From positions 5,152,245 through 5,216,244 of the forward strand of contig CAVNZM010000009.1 in assembly GCA_963693365.1 (NCBI GenBank): DNA of 64,000 nucleotides, in the 5' to 3' direction. This DNA comes from Amoebidium appalachense. Taxonomy: Eukaryota; Protista; Ichthyosporea. The stretch's first letter is position 1, and each line of letters opens with the position of its first letter. The notes beneath the pieces were generated by a model. It worked only from the letters and a program-made list of their open reading frames with translations, ran no database searches and was not told the DNA's origin. Below are positions 33,659-47,469 of the stretch, in pieces. The position numbers and the translations under genes are program-made.

Positions 33659-35138
33659 ATGTCGGAGAAGCCCGCGTACCTCAACCTCACCCCCTGGAAA
33701 GGGGAGGACACCACGGATAAGAAGTCCGGCAAACGTCTCACCTATTATGAGTGGAAACCCGTCATCTTCCGGTACCTGCGTACCACCATCGCGGCCAAGT
33801 TAGTGCCCGTCATCAAGGGGCCCGAGTGGGTCGATCCTTCCGACGAGAACGAGTGGCATGGCTACTATGACACTGTGGGGGGCTACACCGAGGCTTCCAA
33901 CTTGCTTGAACCGATGTTTACTCAACTCGTCTCCCAAGATGAACTTTATAATTCTGGTCAAATTCAAGATGATGTGTCACCTGCCCAAGCTTTCCACAAC
34001 CTCCGTATGACCTATGCGGCTGAACGTGAAGATCGTGCTCGTCAAATCCTCCTCGACTACCATGAGCTTGAACTCAAGGACTTCAAGACCGTCACGGCTT
34101 ACCTCACCATGGCACGCCGCCGCCGTCTGTGCACTACCCTGCACATCCTCGATGAGCTCATCCCTCACAAGACCATGGTTGACAACTTCTTCATCCACCT
34201 CAAGAAGAACCGTAAACTGGTTTGTTCCGACATCCAGGCTATGATTGCAGATTATTTCCGTCGTAACATCAACTACGACACCTCAGGCTACAACCGACTC
34301 ATCAGTGATATCCGAGCTGCTGAGTTTTGTAAAGTTCTCATCGACTCTGGATCCGGGTCTTCTCTCTCCGTCCGTACTGCACGTGCCCTGCAGAGCCGTG
34401 TCCTTCCCAAGGACGACCTCCGTCAACGGATCCCCCGACGTGCCACGACAGGAGTCCGTCTCCCGTCTCCACCGTGGTTGTTCCAATGATCGATCCTCCT
34501 CCATCGACCGTGATTACTCCCAGTCCCGCTCCCCCGGTCCCCGTTCCCGGTCACCCTACCCCTCACGTCAAGGGGGTAACCGTCATCACAGCCAACCCCG
34601 TGCCAAGACCACTGCAGCTGGCCCCCTCGATTGTGCTTATTGCCACGAGAATCATCATGACATTGTCACTCAATGTGACAAACCTGGCTGCTCCGTTGCC
34701 AGTCGTCACCGTGCCAGCTCCAAGACTGGCAAAGAGGTGCATTTTGCCCTCATCTCAACCACGGCTTCCCTCACCATGGACCCCTGCTGGGACTCGGCCT
34801 CCAACGTCCATATGTGCCCCGTCAAGGAGTAATTCTCCACCCTCGAGCCGTGCCCCCCGACCATAGTCCACGACGGTCTCGGCATTGTAACTGCTCATCA
34901 CCGTGGCATCATCAACCTGGCTGTCAACTACGACGGAGTTACCTCGGTTCTCAGCCTCAACACGCTCTACTATATAGTATGTGCCCGACTCCCCGGCCTT
35001 CCTGATTTCCCCCTCAATGGCCTCCAAGTCGGGTCTGCTTGCCCACCTCGATGATGAGGATGAATTCCCCTCCTTCCTCTACACTCGTGCCAGTGGTGGC
35101 AACATCGTGTGTACTCTCACCGGCAACGATGGACTGTA
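33659..35138 (+). pseudogene. Decayed Ty1/copia gag-protease region, interrupted by a pogo insertion
   Basis: Gag-like ORF from 33659, then a frameshift to a zinc knuckle CAYCHENHHDIVTQC and a copia protease motif WDSASNVHMCP. An in-frame TAA at 34830 is followed by YVPDSPAFLISP and NDGLY, the typical copia order before integrase. No integrase or RT was recognised. Confidence 0.8.
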
Positions 35139-35567
35139 CAGTATGCGTCCGCGCGTAACATACTCCGCGCACAACATAACGTCGACGCCGATTTTCAAAA
35201 ATCTTAACATACTGACCTCGGTCATTTTTCGGGATTATGTTAGCGCACCAAGGGGTCCTATACATAGTAGGACGAGTAATCGGGTTTATCTGGTCAGTTT
35301 AGACCCCCTATCTTTAGTATTTCGATCTCTTTCCCAGACAAAACAGTGGTTCGCCGAGATTTCAACGACCGCCCAAAGCTCGCCAGGGCCAATGATAGGC
35401 GGCGGCCGCACATCGCATGGTATGCAAAGGACTCATGTGGCCGACTATGTCGATAAACGAGCAGAAACATACGAAGGCCCCAACTAGTTCGAAGCAGTCT
35501 TGTATAGCTAGTTCTTACATCCTAGTCATATAGGCAGGTTGAATGCATTAAGTTAAACCCACCGATC

Positions 35568-37061
35568 ATGACCAAGCCAGTAGTCCAGGTGCAGGCAGCT
35601 GCACTTGGGGCGTTGAATAGTGCACTGCACACAGTAAATGAGGCCACAGACAAGTTTCAGGAAACTACCCAAGAAGCCCAAGCAATCATTTCTGAGGGTT
35701 TTGTAAACGCAAACAACACAATCAACAACGCAACCACACGTGCAATTGCACAAGCCGAAACGGCAAAAGCACAATTGCGCTCGCACATGGAGAGTTTAGA
35801 GAGCCGCAGAGCCCCCACACGCGCGGAATCGCTGAAAAAGGCTGCCAGTAAGCCTGGGCAGAAGACGATGTTCGATTTTGGGGCCAAGAAAATTTTTTCG
35901 TTTCAACTGAACGGCCGGCAGAAGGTTCAATGAGTGCGCGCAGTGCGGACTGGAAGAAGCGGAGAAAATAGGTGAGCTACTCACTGCAGACGATGTTTCG
36001 CCCAATTTTCGCTGCATTGGCTGCGAGCAACCTTGTGGTGATGCTGGTTCACTCACAAACCACGAAAACAGTTGTGCTTTGGCAAGAGCCAAAAATCGGC
36101 AACTTGAGCGACCCTGCCAGCATACCAACAACACTGGGTCCGTCACATACGAGTTTATCCCACCGTCGCAAGAGGAGATTGAACGGCGAGAAGCGATCGC
36201 TGCGGAGTTTGCGCGTGTAACCAGCGTCTTGCGGAAGGCAAGCCCAAAGAGGATGGGCGCAAAAACAATATTGGGGCTAAGGAGCGAGCGTCGTACACTG
36301 ATTCGAAAAGGGCGGAAATCATTGAAGAGGTTCTCAGCATAAAAGCAAGAAACACTAAGGCAGCCATCGGAGAGTACCTTGCTCGTCACCCCAAGAAGAC
36401 GGGTTCAACAATATATCAGTAAGTTGGCCAAGCCCTGTACAAACTCATTTCAGCATCACTGATACTTCTTTTGTAAGTTAGGCCTCACACTTTTGTTAGT
36501 TAAATTAGGCCTCACCGTCTGTCCCTGGCTGATTCCCAGTTCTATGAAATCCAGTGCGGCATACTAGTAGTGCACAGGCTGCTCGGTTCACCCTGTTTGT
36601 TGTTATTGGTGTGCTCGTGTTCTCTTGCTTGTTGCAAAAAAAGGCCCCTTTGAACGAAAGAATTAGTCAAAACTCCCTTCAGAACGACAACACAATAACT
36701 CTTTCCTTTCATTTTTGCAGATGGATACAGAGAAAAGACCGCATCTTCGCCTCCGCAGCTAAAGAAAGGCTGGAGAAGTTGAAACTAACAGGTATGACTA
36801 TAGCTTACTTGCTGGGGGTCGTGTATTGACATAGAATAGGGAAGTTTTTGTTAATAAGAGATCCAATAGTGATAATCGGAAGAGCCCATGGGAGCAAGAG
36901 AGTGGAACTTACACTTACACTAGTGCAAGGAATACCGTAGTTGGCAATGCTTTAGTGGCCAAACACCTGGGTCACGTACAGCTTGGGGGGATGCACAGTT
37001 TAGGATCATGTTGCAACCCCTCCCTCTCCTTCCCAGAACTCTTGAAGCATATGTCCCCCCC

Positions 37062-37094
<33 letters not shown>

Positions 37095-37176
37095 CCCCCC
37101 GTAACCGGACCTCAGGAGAAGCCTGGCACGTACAACAATCCCTTCCCCTACCTTCTGTTCACAAGCCTGATGTGCG

Positions 37177-37265
<89 letters not shown>

Positions 37266-37294
37266 GCGCGCGCGCGCACATACACACAAACACA

Positions 37295-37358
<64 letters not shown>

Positions 37359-38016
37359 GGAACAAAGTCAGGTACCAGGCACTTGAGAAAGAACTTCATC
37401 GTCTGTATAGACAGCGGCGCGACGACAAGGCGAAAGTTAACGCTTTGTGGCTTCGCACAAAGGCACTTAAACTGGCAACCCACATGCTCTCGAAAGAAGA
37501 GTATGCCAAGTTTAAGGCGTCTGAGAAATGGCTGCGAAATTTCTGTCGCCGGTACGAACTGGCTAAGCGGCGGAAAACAAACGGGAAGGGAAAATCCATT
37601 TACTAGAGCGTCTTCCCACCATACAGACCTATCACACTCGCTTAGTGAAGCTGGTCTGTTCGTATCGGAACAGAGAAGATGAAGAGCGTCCACGAGACAA
37701 ATGGGGTCGCTATCTGCCATGTGCTCGGATGAATATTGACCAGGTACAGTATTAGCACACCCTCACATTTTAAGTTTTGCAAGTTATTGGTTCTCCTTTT
37801 GTTATCAAATATACTGGACACGGTGCCGGGCACCGTTTCCAGGAACATTTGACCAATTAGAATAACACAAGACTTCTTGCAGGTGCCTTGGCCATTATCC
37901 AATGACGATGGCACCACATATGAGGATATTGGTGCTGACCGTGTGCAGATTGCTGGTCCAGATTCGACTGAAAAACGATTCTGCACATTGCAGCTTGGTA
38001 TAACACCGATAGGTAG

Positions 38017-38067
<51 letters not shown>

Positions 38068-38097
38068 ACCACCACCACCACCACCACCCACCCCACC

Positions 38098-38195
<98 letters not shown>

Positions 38196-39354
38196 TCCCA
38201 CCTCCACCACCACCACCACCACATTCACCACATTCACCACATCCACCACTACAAAAAAAAAAAAACCAAAAAAAACCCCCTCCCATCCTCCCCCCCCCCC
38301 CCCCCCCCCACTGCCCTTGCCTGCATAAGCAACCCTGCTCGTCTCTGATCAAGACGGGTGACCTACTCATGTTCAAGTGAAACAGTATCTGAGTTGGGTT
38401 TCGTTAACGAGGGGAATAGGTCGAAACTCGGGTACTGTGGATGACGTGGGCCCCCCTGAGGATGGGCTCTGCTTATTATGCATACTCTTTATGTATGGCT
38501 TGCATTCTGCATCGTGTTATCCGTTTGTTCTTGTGTACTTCGTACTTTTTGACGCATTCAAAACCCCCCCCCCCCCCCCCCATCCCCCTTTTTTCTTTCT
38601 TCCCCCCATGGCATTTTTTGACATGTCGCATGTCACCTCCGTGCAGGTCAATTCCCAAGACCTGCGGTCGTCTTCCGTGGACAAGGGAAAGTTAGTGCGG
38701 TGGAGAAGGAGAGCTACCACAAGGGGGTGGATGTGTACTGGCAGAAAAATGCCTGGGTGGATACAGATGTTGCCCTGCAGTGTGCAGACCGAACACTCAA
38801 AGAGTTTGTGGACCGCACTCAACTGGATGACTATCTATGTTTCATGGACAACTTGGCCGCACAGACGCAGGTATGGACTCCCCTCCCCCCTCCCTCTCTC
38901 TCCCCCCTTCCTCCCTCTCTCCCCCCTCCTCCCCCCCCCTCCTCCTCCTCCCCCCTCTTCCCCCCCCCCCCCCCCCCTCTTCCTATATTCTCACGTGTCA
39001 AAAGAAAACAATTACGGGGAAAAAGAAAAAGGCAAGGGGGGGCTAGGGGGGAAGGTGGGGGGGGGGGGGGAGAGGGGGGGGGGGGGGGGGGGGGGCAAGG
39101 GAAAGAATTGAACTAAACGACCAAAACGAAGATAATACACTAGTGCTTCAAGGCCCCTTTGACCATCCTTCATGCACCTTTGAAAGCACTTAGAACCGTG
39201 ACCGGTATCATAATTGGCCACTTTGTTTAGATTTTTCCATTCTTCCGTGTGATTAATTTTTGACAATGTCTGTCCATGCATTTAATCAGTATAGTGCCTA
39301 CTTTCAACACAACACACATCCTGGGAGAGTTGTTGAATGCACACATATTTAAAA

Positions 39355-39390
<36 letters not shown>

Positions 39391-40544
39391 CCCACCCACC
39401 AACCCACCAGGTCCTTCCTCTCCTCCTTCCTTCCTCCCCCTCCCTCCCCTTCCCCTCCCCTCCCCTCCTCCCCCCCTCCCCCCTCCCCCCTTCCACCAAC
39501 TTGAACCCTCCTTCCTCTCCTCCTTCCTTCCTCTTCCTCCCTCCCCTTCCCCTCTTCCCCCCTCCCCCCCCCCCCCTCCCCTTCCCCTCTTACCCCCCCC
39601 CCCCCCCCCCCTGAATTCCCCTGCAGGATCAATTTCGCCAGCGGCTACAGAAGGATGATTTGCGCATCACCCCAGGGTACACGCCAGCCGGGTGTACGGA
39701 TGGCACACAGGCGATCAACCACCATGTTGGGCGGGCAATCAAGCGTCGAGCGGGAGAGTTGCAGGAGCAATGGTTGGACTCGGGAGGAGGGTCACTTGGA
39801 AAAATGGGTCAGTAACTCTATCACAGCGTCCGAAAAGCGCGTTCTCGTCACCCATTTTATTGGTCAGGCTGTGGAGGATGTTTTGGGTTCTCCCGACGGC
39901 ACAGTACAGGCGAAGCCCAACTATTCAAAGTTGCGGTGGAGAGCGTTTGAGGCAACGGGCGGCCTTATGTCTACCGACCCAGCAGATGATAAGTTAATTA
40001 CCCTCGAAGGGTTGCCGAAGGGGATGAAATATACATTCCCCCGGCCAGTAGGGCCAGTGCAGGCAGATTGGGGGCTCGTGGGTGATTATCAGGAGGTACC
40101 GGAGGCAGACGAGGCCGAAAAGGATCCCGAGGATTTGGAGGATGAGGTGGATGATGAAATCGGTAGTGGCGACGAGAGCGGCTCGCAGGAGGAGGAGGAG
40201 GGCGAGGAGGAGGAGGAGGGCAAGGAGGAGGAGGAGGAGGAGGAGGAGGAGAAACAGGAGGAGGAGAACGAATGGGAGATACCTGAGGGGTACGAAGTAG
40301 TTAAGGAGTGCCCCCGGTTGGGTAGCAATTTGCATGGGTGTGAGATCTTGCGCAGGTTAGTTTGGTGGGATGGCTGTGTGGGGTGATAGTGGGTGGTGCC
40401 CAGAAAAGGGGGTTTCTTTTCCGTGTGAGTTACGTTAATGGTTTGGAGCTTGATGAAACCCTGAATACGGATTTGTATGAGGCGAAGGGGGAGGGGTTGC
40501 CTCTTACTCGTGTAGGTGTGTGGTGCCAAATTCGTAAGGTGTGA
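35568..40544 (+). pseudogene. Intron-containing pogo transposase (HTH + CENP-B-type HTH + DDE_1), frameshifted
   Basis: Exonic blocks ~35568-36418, 36721-36791, 37356-37743, 37883-38012, 38647-38870, 39628-40544. Motifs: RASYTDSKRAEIIEEV..SRWIQRKDRIF; [24 protein letters not shown]; NIDQVP; KRFCTLQL; QKNAWVD; FMDNLAAQ; TDGTQAIN. Several frameshifts. Confidence 0.88.
38311..38564 (+). mobile_element. Subfamily A copy inside a pogo transposase intron
   Basis: Near-identical to the reverse complement of 18003-18259; poly-C on both sides. Confidence 0.8.
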
Positions 40545-40597
40545 GAGTAAGGTGTGAGGGAGCAGAAAGACTAGTACGTCCTTGTTTGTATGAGTTG

Positions 40598-40635
<38 letters not shown>

Positions 40636-40820
40636 CTTTTTTGGTTTGGTCCCCTTGAAAAAAATTAGTATGTTCTTATTATTATTTGAATCAATTACTT
40701 ATTGATTTCCTCTATATTTACTTATTTAGCGGGTTGGGGAGGAGGGGAGGGGGGGGGGTGGGGGGGGGGGGGGGGACTTGAAGTACTAAATGCTAGACTT
40801 TCAAGTATTGATTTAGATTT

Positions 40821-40885
<65 letters not shown>

Positions 40886-43839
40886 TTGGCACACATAGGC
40901 TTTCACGCTTTCAGCTTCTTTTTTTTTTTTTTTTTTTTTTCAAAGCTTTTTTTTTTCCCTCCGAATTTCCCTTTTTTTTTTCACCATCTCAAAAAGGAAC
41001 TAGTATAAGTATTCTTTGTTTATTCATTCATTTGATCAATTTATTATTTGTTTACTACTATATTTTTGTCATTTAGCGGTTTGCGGATTCCCCGCCCGAT
41101 GGAGAGGCCCAGTGTGGCCTCCTGGGCGGGCGGGTGGGGGGGGGGGGGGGGGGGGGGGGGGTAACATAATCGAGACGGGCTCTGGGAGCCTATTTTTAGA
41201 TACTAATTAACATAACGACCTCGACCCTTGTCGGGGCGGTATGTTAGGCGCGGACGCATACTGTAAACCCCCAAAGCTCTTCTTCATACTCTTTATGTAA
41301 GTGGGGCGCCAAAACCTCAGCCAATCAAAAGACTTATTTCTGGTCCTTCCTTGCCGTCCCACAATCAAGCTCTCGCATGACTTGGACCCTACCGGGAGAT
41401 GGGCACCGTGTGTCAGTCTCAGTCTCAGCATCTTTGCGGCCGTAGCAAGGTGTGCTAAGACTTTTGGGCAGCCAATGGAAATGGGATATGCAGGTAAGTG
41501 CTAATGCCGTTGGTTGGTTTGCTGTCCTCTCCTGTAACCTATCAGGTTGAAGTATTGGGTTTCCTAATACGGCATTCTGGGGTGCATTTTGGTCTTCATG
41601 CCTCACACTCCTACTTGCCACACACACTCGACCTCTGGCAAACTCCCCTGCTGCCTTCCGGTTCCCTGCATTGTGTCGTTTCCCGTTTCCCTGCATCATC
41701 TCAACCATAGACACGTAGGATTGCTACACCTAGGTATCCACTCACTCGAGGCTCCCTGCACTTTAAATTTTACCTCTCAATACACTAAGTAATCCATACG
41801 CTCAATACATCACCCACGACACAGCGCACATGATACACCTAGGCCTGTACCTCTACACATTCACATCATTTTACTGGTTTCACAAAGAAAATTAATGACG
41901 TTAACGTTGGCCTTTCGCCTACCATACATGCACCCGCGTGCCTGCTGCTACCCACAACATCTGCTCCCTGGACCCGCTTCTTCATGTGTGTCTGGAACGG
42001 CCCTGGCCTCGCATACTAAAGGTACGCCTTGTTCTTCTCGGTTTGTGCATCCTGCACCACGTGTGAACCCTCCCCCCCGCCCCCCCCCCCCCCCCCCGTC
42101 TTCCTCAACTTGTCCGCCACCAGACTTTCCCCTTTCCCTTTCACAATCCCACCACTGGCACTTCTCTCCTTCCTCTTCCATCCTTCTCCCTAACTTCTAC
42201 CCCATATTTTCTTCTCTGCTCCTCTCTCTTACGTCTTCCCTTTCACTAATAATTACATCCTTTCAATGGCCATCTTCCTTTACGTAGGCAATGTAGATCT
42301 GGATTGGCTGCCTACATAGGGGCCACGCGGACCGAGGCTCACGCCGCGTGTTCAACTCTTAAATGATTCTCCCCCGAGGACAAAGTTTCTCAAACATGCA
42401 CTGCCACTGTGGCGCGTAGCATGGCTCCCTAAACCCGTTCTCTCCAGGGGCCTATCATCCTATCGATAGTTTTTGGACATACCCAGGACCTGCCTCAGGC
42501 TGCCTGGCTGCCTGCCTGTACAATTTTTCTTTGCATGTAACTAAATAATCATTAAAAAGTACTTGGAAACCAATGTACCAATTATTTCATGAGATTTAGA
42601 AAGTGCTAGCTCATCTGTATTGCTGTATACAGTATTTCTGAAATCTGAATACAGGAGGAGTCTCTGAGGAGAGATTTATGGGGTTTTTTGCTGGATGAAT
42701 AGTCCTGGACTCCTGGGCGTGTTATTTAGGAGGCATTCACCCAATCACATTTGTAAGAATGCGTCAGCTCTTCACACCCAATCTTATCCGGTTATTCTTA
42801 ACGCCGGCTTTGTTGGGTTCATACTCCAATCATGTTCGTCGAATTTGTTTAGATATTGTTATGATTGGTTTATCGAACCAAGGGCGTGTTTATTGGATGA
42901 CGCGTCCCAGATTGCGAAGCACGCCCCAGGTAGCTCCGCTGTCATCTAATAATTTTCCAGGTAGCAATGATATAAATATACTGTAGATACAGTTAATGTT
43001 AGGTTACTCAGTTATAGTTTAGTTATTATACTTATTTTTCGCCATTTCCAGCCGTTTTAGGCTTTGAAATCACAGGTCTCTATGATGCGCTGGGCGGTGC
43101 CGCCGGGCATGTCCTTCGGGCTTGCCTTGATCAGGGTTTGCCTTACGAATCGTATCGGCCCAAAATATATTGTAAGCACAGGGGCCAATAGTTAGCACTG
43201 TAGGGTGCCGTATTCGCCGTTCGTATTAATTATATAGGTTCCAAGCGTGTAATTTGATGTCTTTATATATGAAAAATGAATGATTCCTATGAAAAAGTGA
43301 TCCGAAGGCACTTCTTGCGCTTGAAAAGAAGAATACGAAGCCCTGTTTTCTCTTTCAGGGCTCCATATTATTAGTGAAGTCAAAAGTTTTACGAAACTAG
43401 CATATGAAATTATAAAACAAATGGGTGTATACAAGTCTAAATTGAAAACCACCCCACCAATACGATTAACACTTTTCTTTTGATTGGATTTATTCGACGG
43501 AAAGATATTAACACTTTCCGACAATACGATACCATTTGAGGTAAAACGATTAAGGCGGCCAAAACTGGGCAACCCCTGGCCTTGATTGCGTGGCAGCCAA
43601 TCATCGCAACTCCAGATCTCCATAAAGTATTTTAGATCTCGCCCACTGCTTCGGAGATCCTTCCACCGTTCCACGGTCACGCCGGGACACACAACGTGAC
43701 AACCACCATCCATCTGTTGGTCACAATTGTAATAAGTAAGCAGTCAAATGTTCACCTACGCCTCGTCCATCTATCTATAGATCTAGAGCAACATCGTGTT
43801 TTCACTCTTCCCGTGGCACATAATAGCAAATCCTCTAGC

Positions 43840-44805
43840 ATGGCTCTCCACGACTACACCATCCTGCATGTGCTGGGCAGTGGATGTTTTTCCACTGTTT
43901 ACTCTGCAGTGCATAAACAAAGTGGCTTGCAAGTAGCCCTGAAAGCTGTAGACAAGCAAAAGGCAGACGAGAACATGCTCAGGTTAGAGGTTGAGGCCAT
44001 GCGTCAAGTAGGCTCACACCCAAACATAGTGCAGTTATATGATGTGTATGAAGATGACCGTTACATGTACCTGATACTCGAGCAATGTAGTGGGGGCAGC
44101 GTTCACGATTTCCTTGTAGCCAACGGCCCTGTTTCTGAGGCCATAGCGCATAGGTGGTTCGTGCAACTCGCTAGCGCCGTGGCGCACGCACACAGTCGCC
44201 ATGTGATTAATCGAGACATTAAAAACGCGAATGTCTTGCTGGACGCACAAATGAACGTCAAACTAGGTGACTTTGGTCTTGCAATCACTACACCCACCGA
44301 CCCGCACACATTCTCGCTTGATACCGCAACCGGATCTGCCGTGTTCGCCGCGCCCGAGGTATACTCCACATTCGAGGGCAAAACATATTACGGGCCACAG
44401 GCAGAGATGTGGGCGTTGGGATGTGTGCTTCATTCCTGCCTGTCATCGTCCCTTCCCTTTGCTGTTGAAAACTACCATCAGGTGTGGGGAAACTATTGCC
44501 CGCCGGCCCATGTGAGTCCCGCGTGCCAGCAGCTTCTTAGCGGGCTCATGTGTGTCGATGTGACCAAGAGAATGACGATGCAGCAATTGTGGTCTCATGC
44601 TTGGATTGTCGGTGAACGTGTGAACGCAAGAGTGCAAACAGTACCAGGATGCCGAATGAATGCTGTGTCGACAGCACACCACGCACATGAGCACAGTCAC
44701 AGTTATCCGACAAGGGATGTTAATCGCGCGTGTACGAGGGGTAGCGAGGGCATGGCCAATGTTGGATCGTATGTTCCACATACAATACTTACACTCGTAG
44801 CTTGA
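43840..44805 (+). CDS. Intronless Ser/Thr protein kinase, CAMK group (AMPK/MARK-related), 321 aa
   Basis: GSGCFSTV, VALK, HPNIVQLYDV, NRDIKNAN, DFG, LDTATGSAVFAAPE, EMWALG. ATG at 43840 chosen as the first Met before subdomain I. Confidence 0.92.
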   Translation: MALHDYTILHVLGSGCFSTVYSAVHKQSGLQVALKAVDKQKADENMLRLEVEAMRQVGSHPNIVQLYDVYEDDRYMYLILEQCSGGSVHDFLVANGPVSEAIAHRWFVQLASAVAHAHSRHVINRDIKNANVLLDAQMNVKLGDFGLAITTPTDPHTFSLDTATGSAVFAAPEVYSTFEGKTYYGPQAEMWALGCVLHSCLSSSLPFAVENYHQVWGNYCPPAHVSPACQQLLSGLMCVDVTKRMTMQQLWSHAWIVGERVNARVQTVPGCRMNAVSTAHHAHEHSHSYPTRDVNRACTRGSEGMANVGSYVPHTILTLVA

Positions 44806-44830
44806 GAACGTGAGCTCTGCTCTACAATTC

Positions 44831-45232
44831 ATCTGACACAAAGAAGCAGTGTGTTTTTTCGGCTGTACAAAGACGACGTGGGTATATAGACTCTACTTAG
44901 GCTGTTTGTTTTTTCATGAATAACGCATGATGCTGGCTGTTCGTTTGAAAAGAAGAAATTGCGCGGCTGGACCGCGCAGCAAATAATATATTATGATTGT
45001 CAAGACAACGCAAAAACTGATAACACGCTGGATCTGACACAAAGAAGCAGTGTGTTTTTTCGGTTGTACAAAGACGACGTGGGTATATAGACTCTACTTA
45101 GGCTGTTTGTTTTTTCATGAATGGCGCATGATGCTGGCTGTTCGTTTGAAAAGAAGAAATTGCGCGGCTGGACCGCGCAGCAAATAATATATTATGATTG
45201 TCAAGACAACGCAAAAACTGATAACACGCTGG
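44831..45232 (+). repeat. Tandem duplication (201-bp period) just downstream of the kinase
   Basis: 44831-45031 vs 45032-45232 differ by only a few substitutions. Confidence 0.92.
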
Positions 45233-45831
45233 GCATCACGAGGTGTAAATCTGAGATCGGTGAATATGCCATTTGCACACATGTTCTTTCGAAACACTGA
45301 GTCGGCCAAGGGACATTGCACACGTACCGTACCGTGGCAGTGTCAAGTGAGCTTATAACCCACCCATTATCTAGACAGTCTAGAAGCTGGCATGACCACG
45401 TACTTTGCACAATTTAGCGGTGTCATGGAAACAGGAGGTCATTATTTATTCATGCTTACGTACATTAACACAAAGCTTCATGCATGTGTCTCGTACCCAA
45501 GTCAACATGTATACGTAAATCTGGCAACCCCTTCCTTCTATTGCCTGCTCTGGAGACTCCTAATTAATTGAATTTTATTTTTATTTTTATTTTATTTATT
45601 TATTTATTTATTTATTTATTTTGGGGGGGGGGGGGGGGGGGGGGGAGGGAGGGGACTTGTGCAACTTGCAAGAGGGACACTTTCCTCAGAAATCTTCTCA
45701 TCTACATTTTCCAGTGACGTTTTGCTCATGTTGTTTTAAAAATGTAGTCCGGATTCCCCCCCCCCCTGGCCCCCTCCCCCCCCCCTTCCCCCTCCCTCCC
45801 CCCTCCCTCCCTCCCCACTCCCCCCTCCCCC

Positions 45832-46977
<1,146 letters not shown>

Positions 46978-47404
46978 CAAGCCCCCCCTCCCCCCCCCCC
47001 TCCCCCCACCCACCCCCCCCCCCTCAAATCCTGAGCAGGCACAAGGTGAAGCATGGGCAGGTGTGTGCTTCGGGGACATCGAGGCTGGTTTATTATTGCC
47101 GGGCTGGTACGGTGCAAAATCTTGCACGGCTATAAGACAGTGTAGATTTTTTTTTTTTTTTTTTTTAAAAAACTGAAACGGAGGTGAATAGTATTATCAT
47201 CCACAGGCGCCGGAGGCTGCCTATACTGCACCCCCCGGGAGACTCGACAGAACTGCATTCAGGACCTTGTGATTCAGCCCGAGCTAATACCCGTTTCTTA
47301 CCTACATGTAGGAGCTTGGGCCCTCTACACAATGCTTATGACGAACGGGAATCGTGAAGGGGGTGGGTGGGTGGGTGGGTTTTGGGGGGGGGGGGGGGGT
47401 GTGT

Positions 47405-47467
<63 letters not shown>

Positions 47468-47469
<2 letters not shown>

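Larger units (their letters stand above)
35139..41263 (+). mobile_element. Complete pogo/Tigger-family (Tc1/mariner superfamily) DNA transposon, 6125 bp
   Basis: 25-bp TIRs CAGTATGCGTCCGCGC(G/C)TAACATAC with 1 mismatch (35139-35163 and 41239-41263). TA TSD at 35137-35138 and 41264-41265. Encloses a transposase. Confidence 0.93.

Noticed and set aside
41266-43700. Continuation of copia pol, or ORF 43192-43713
   Set aside because: No integrase/RT motifs were found; the short frames have no recognisable features.
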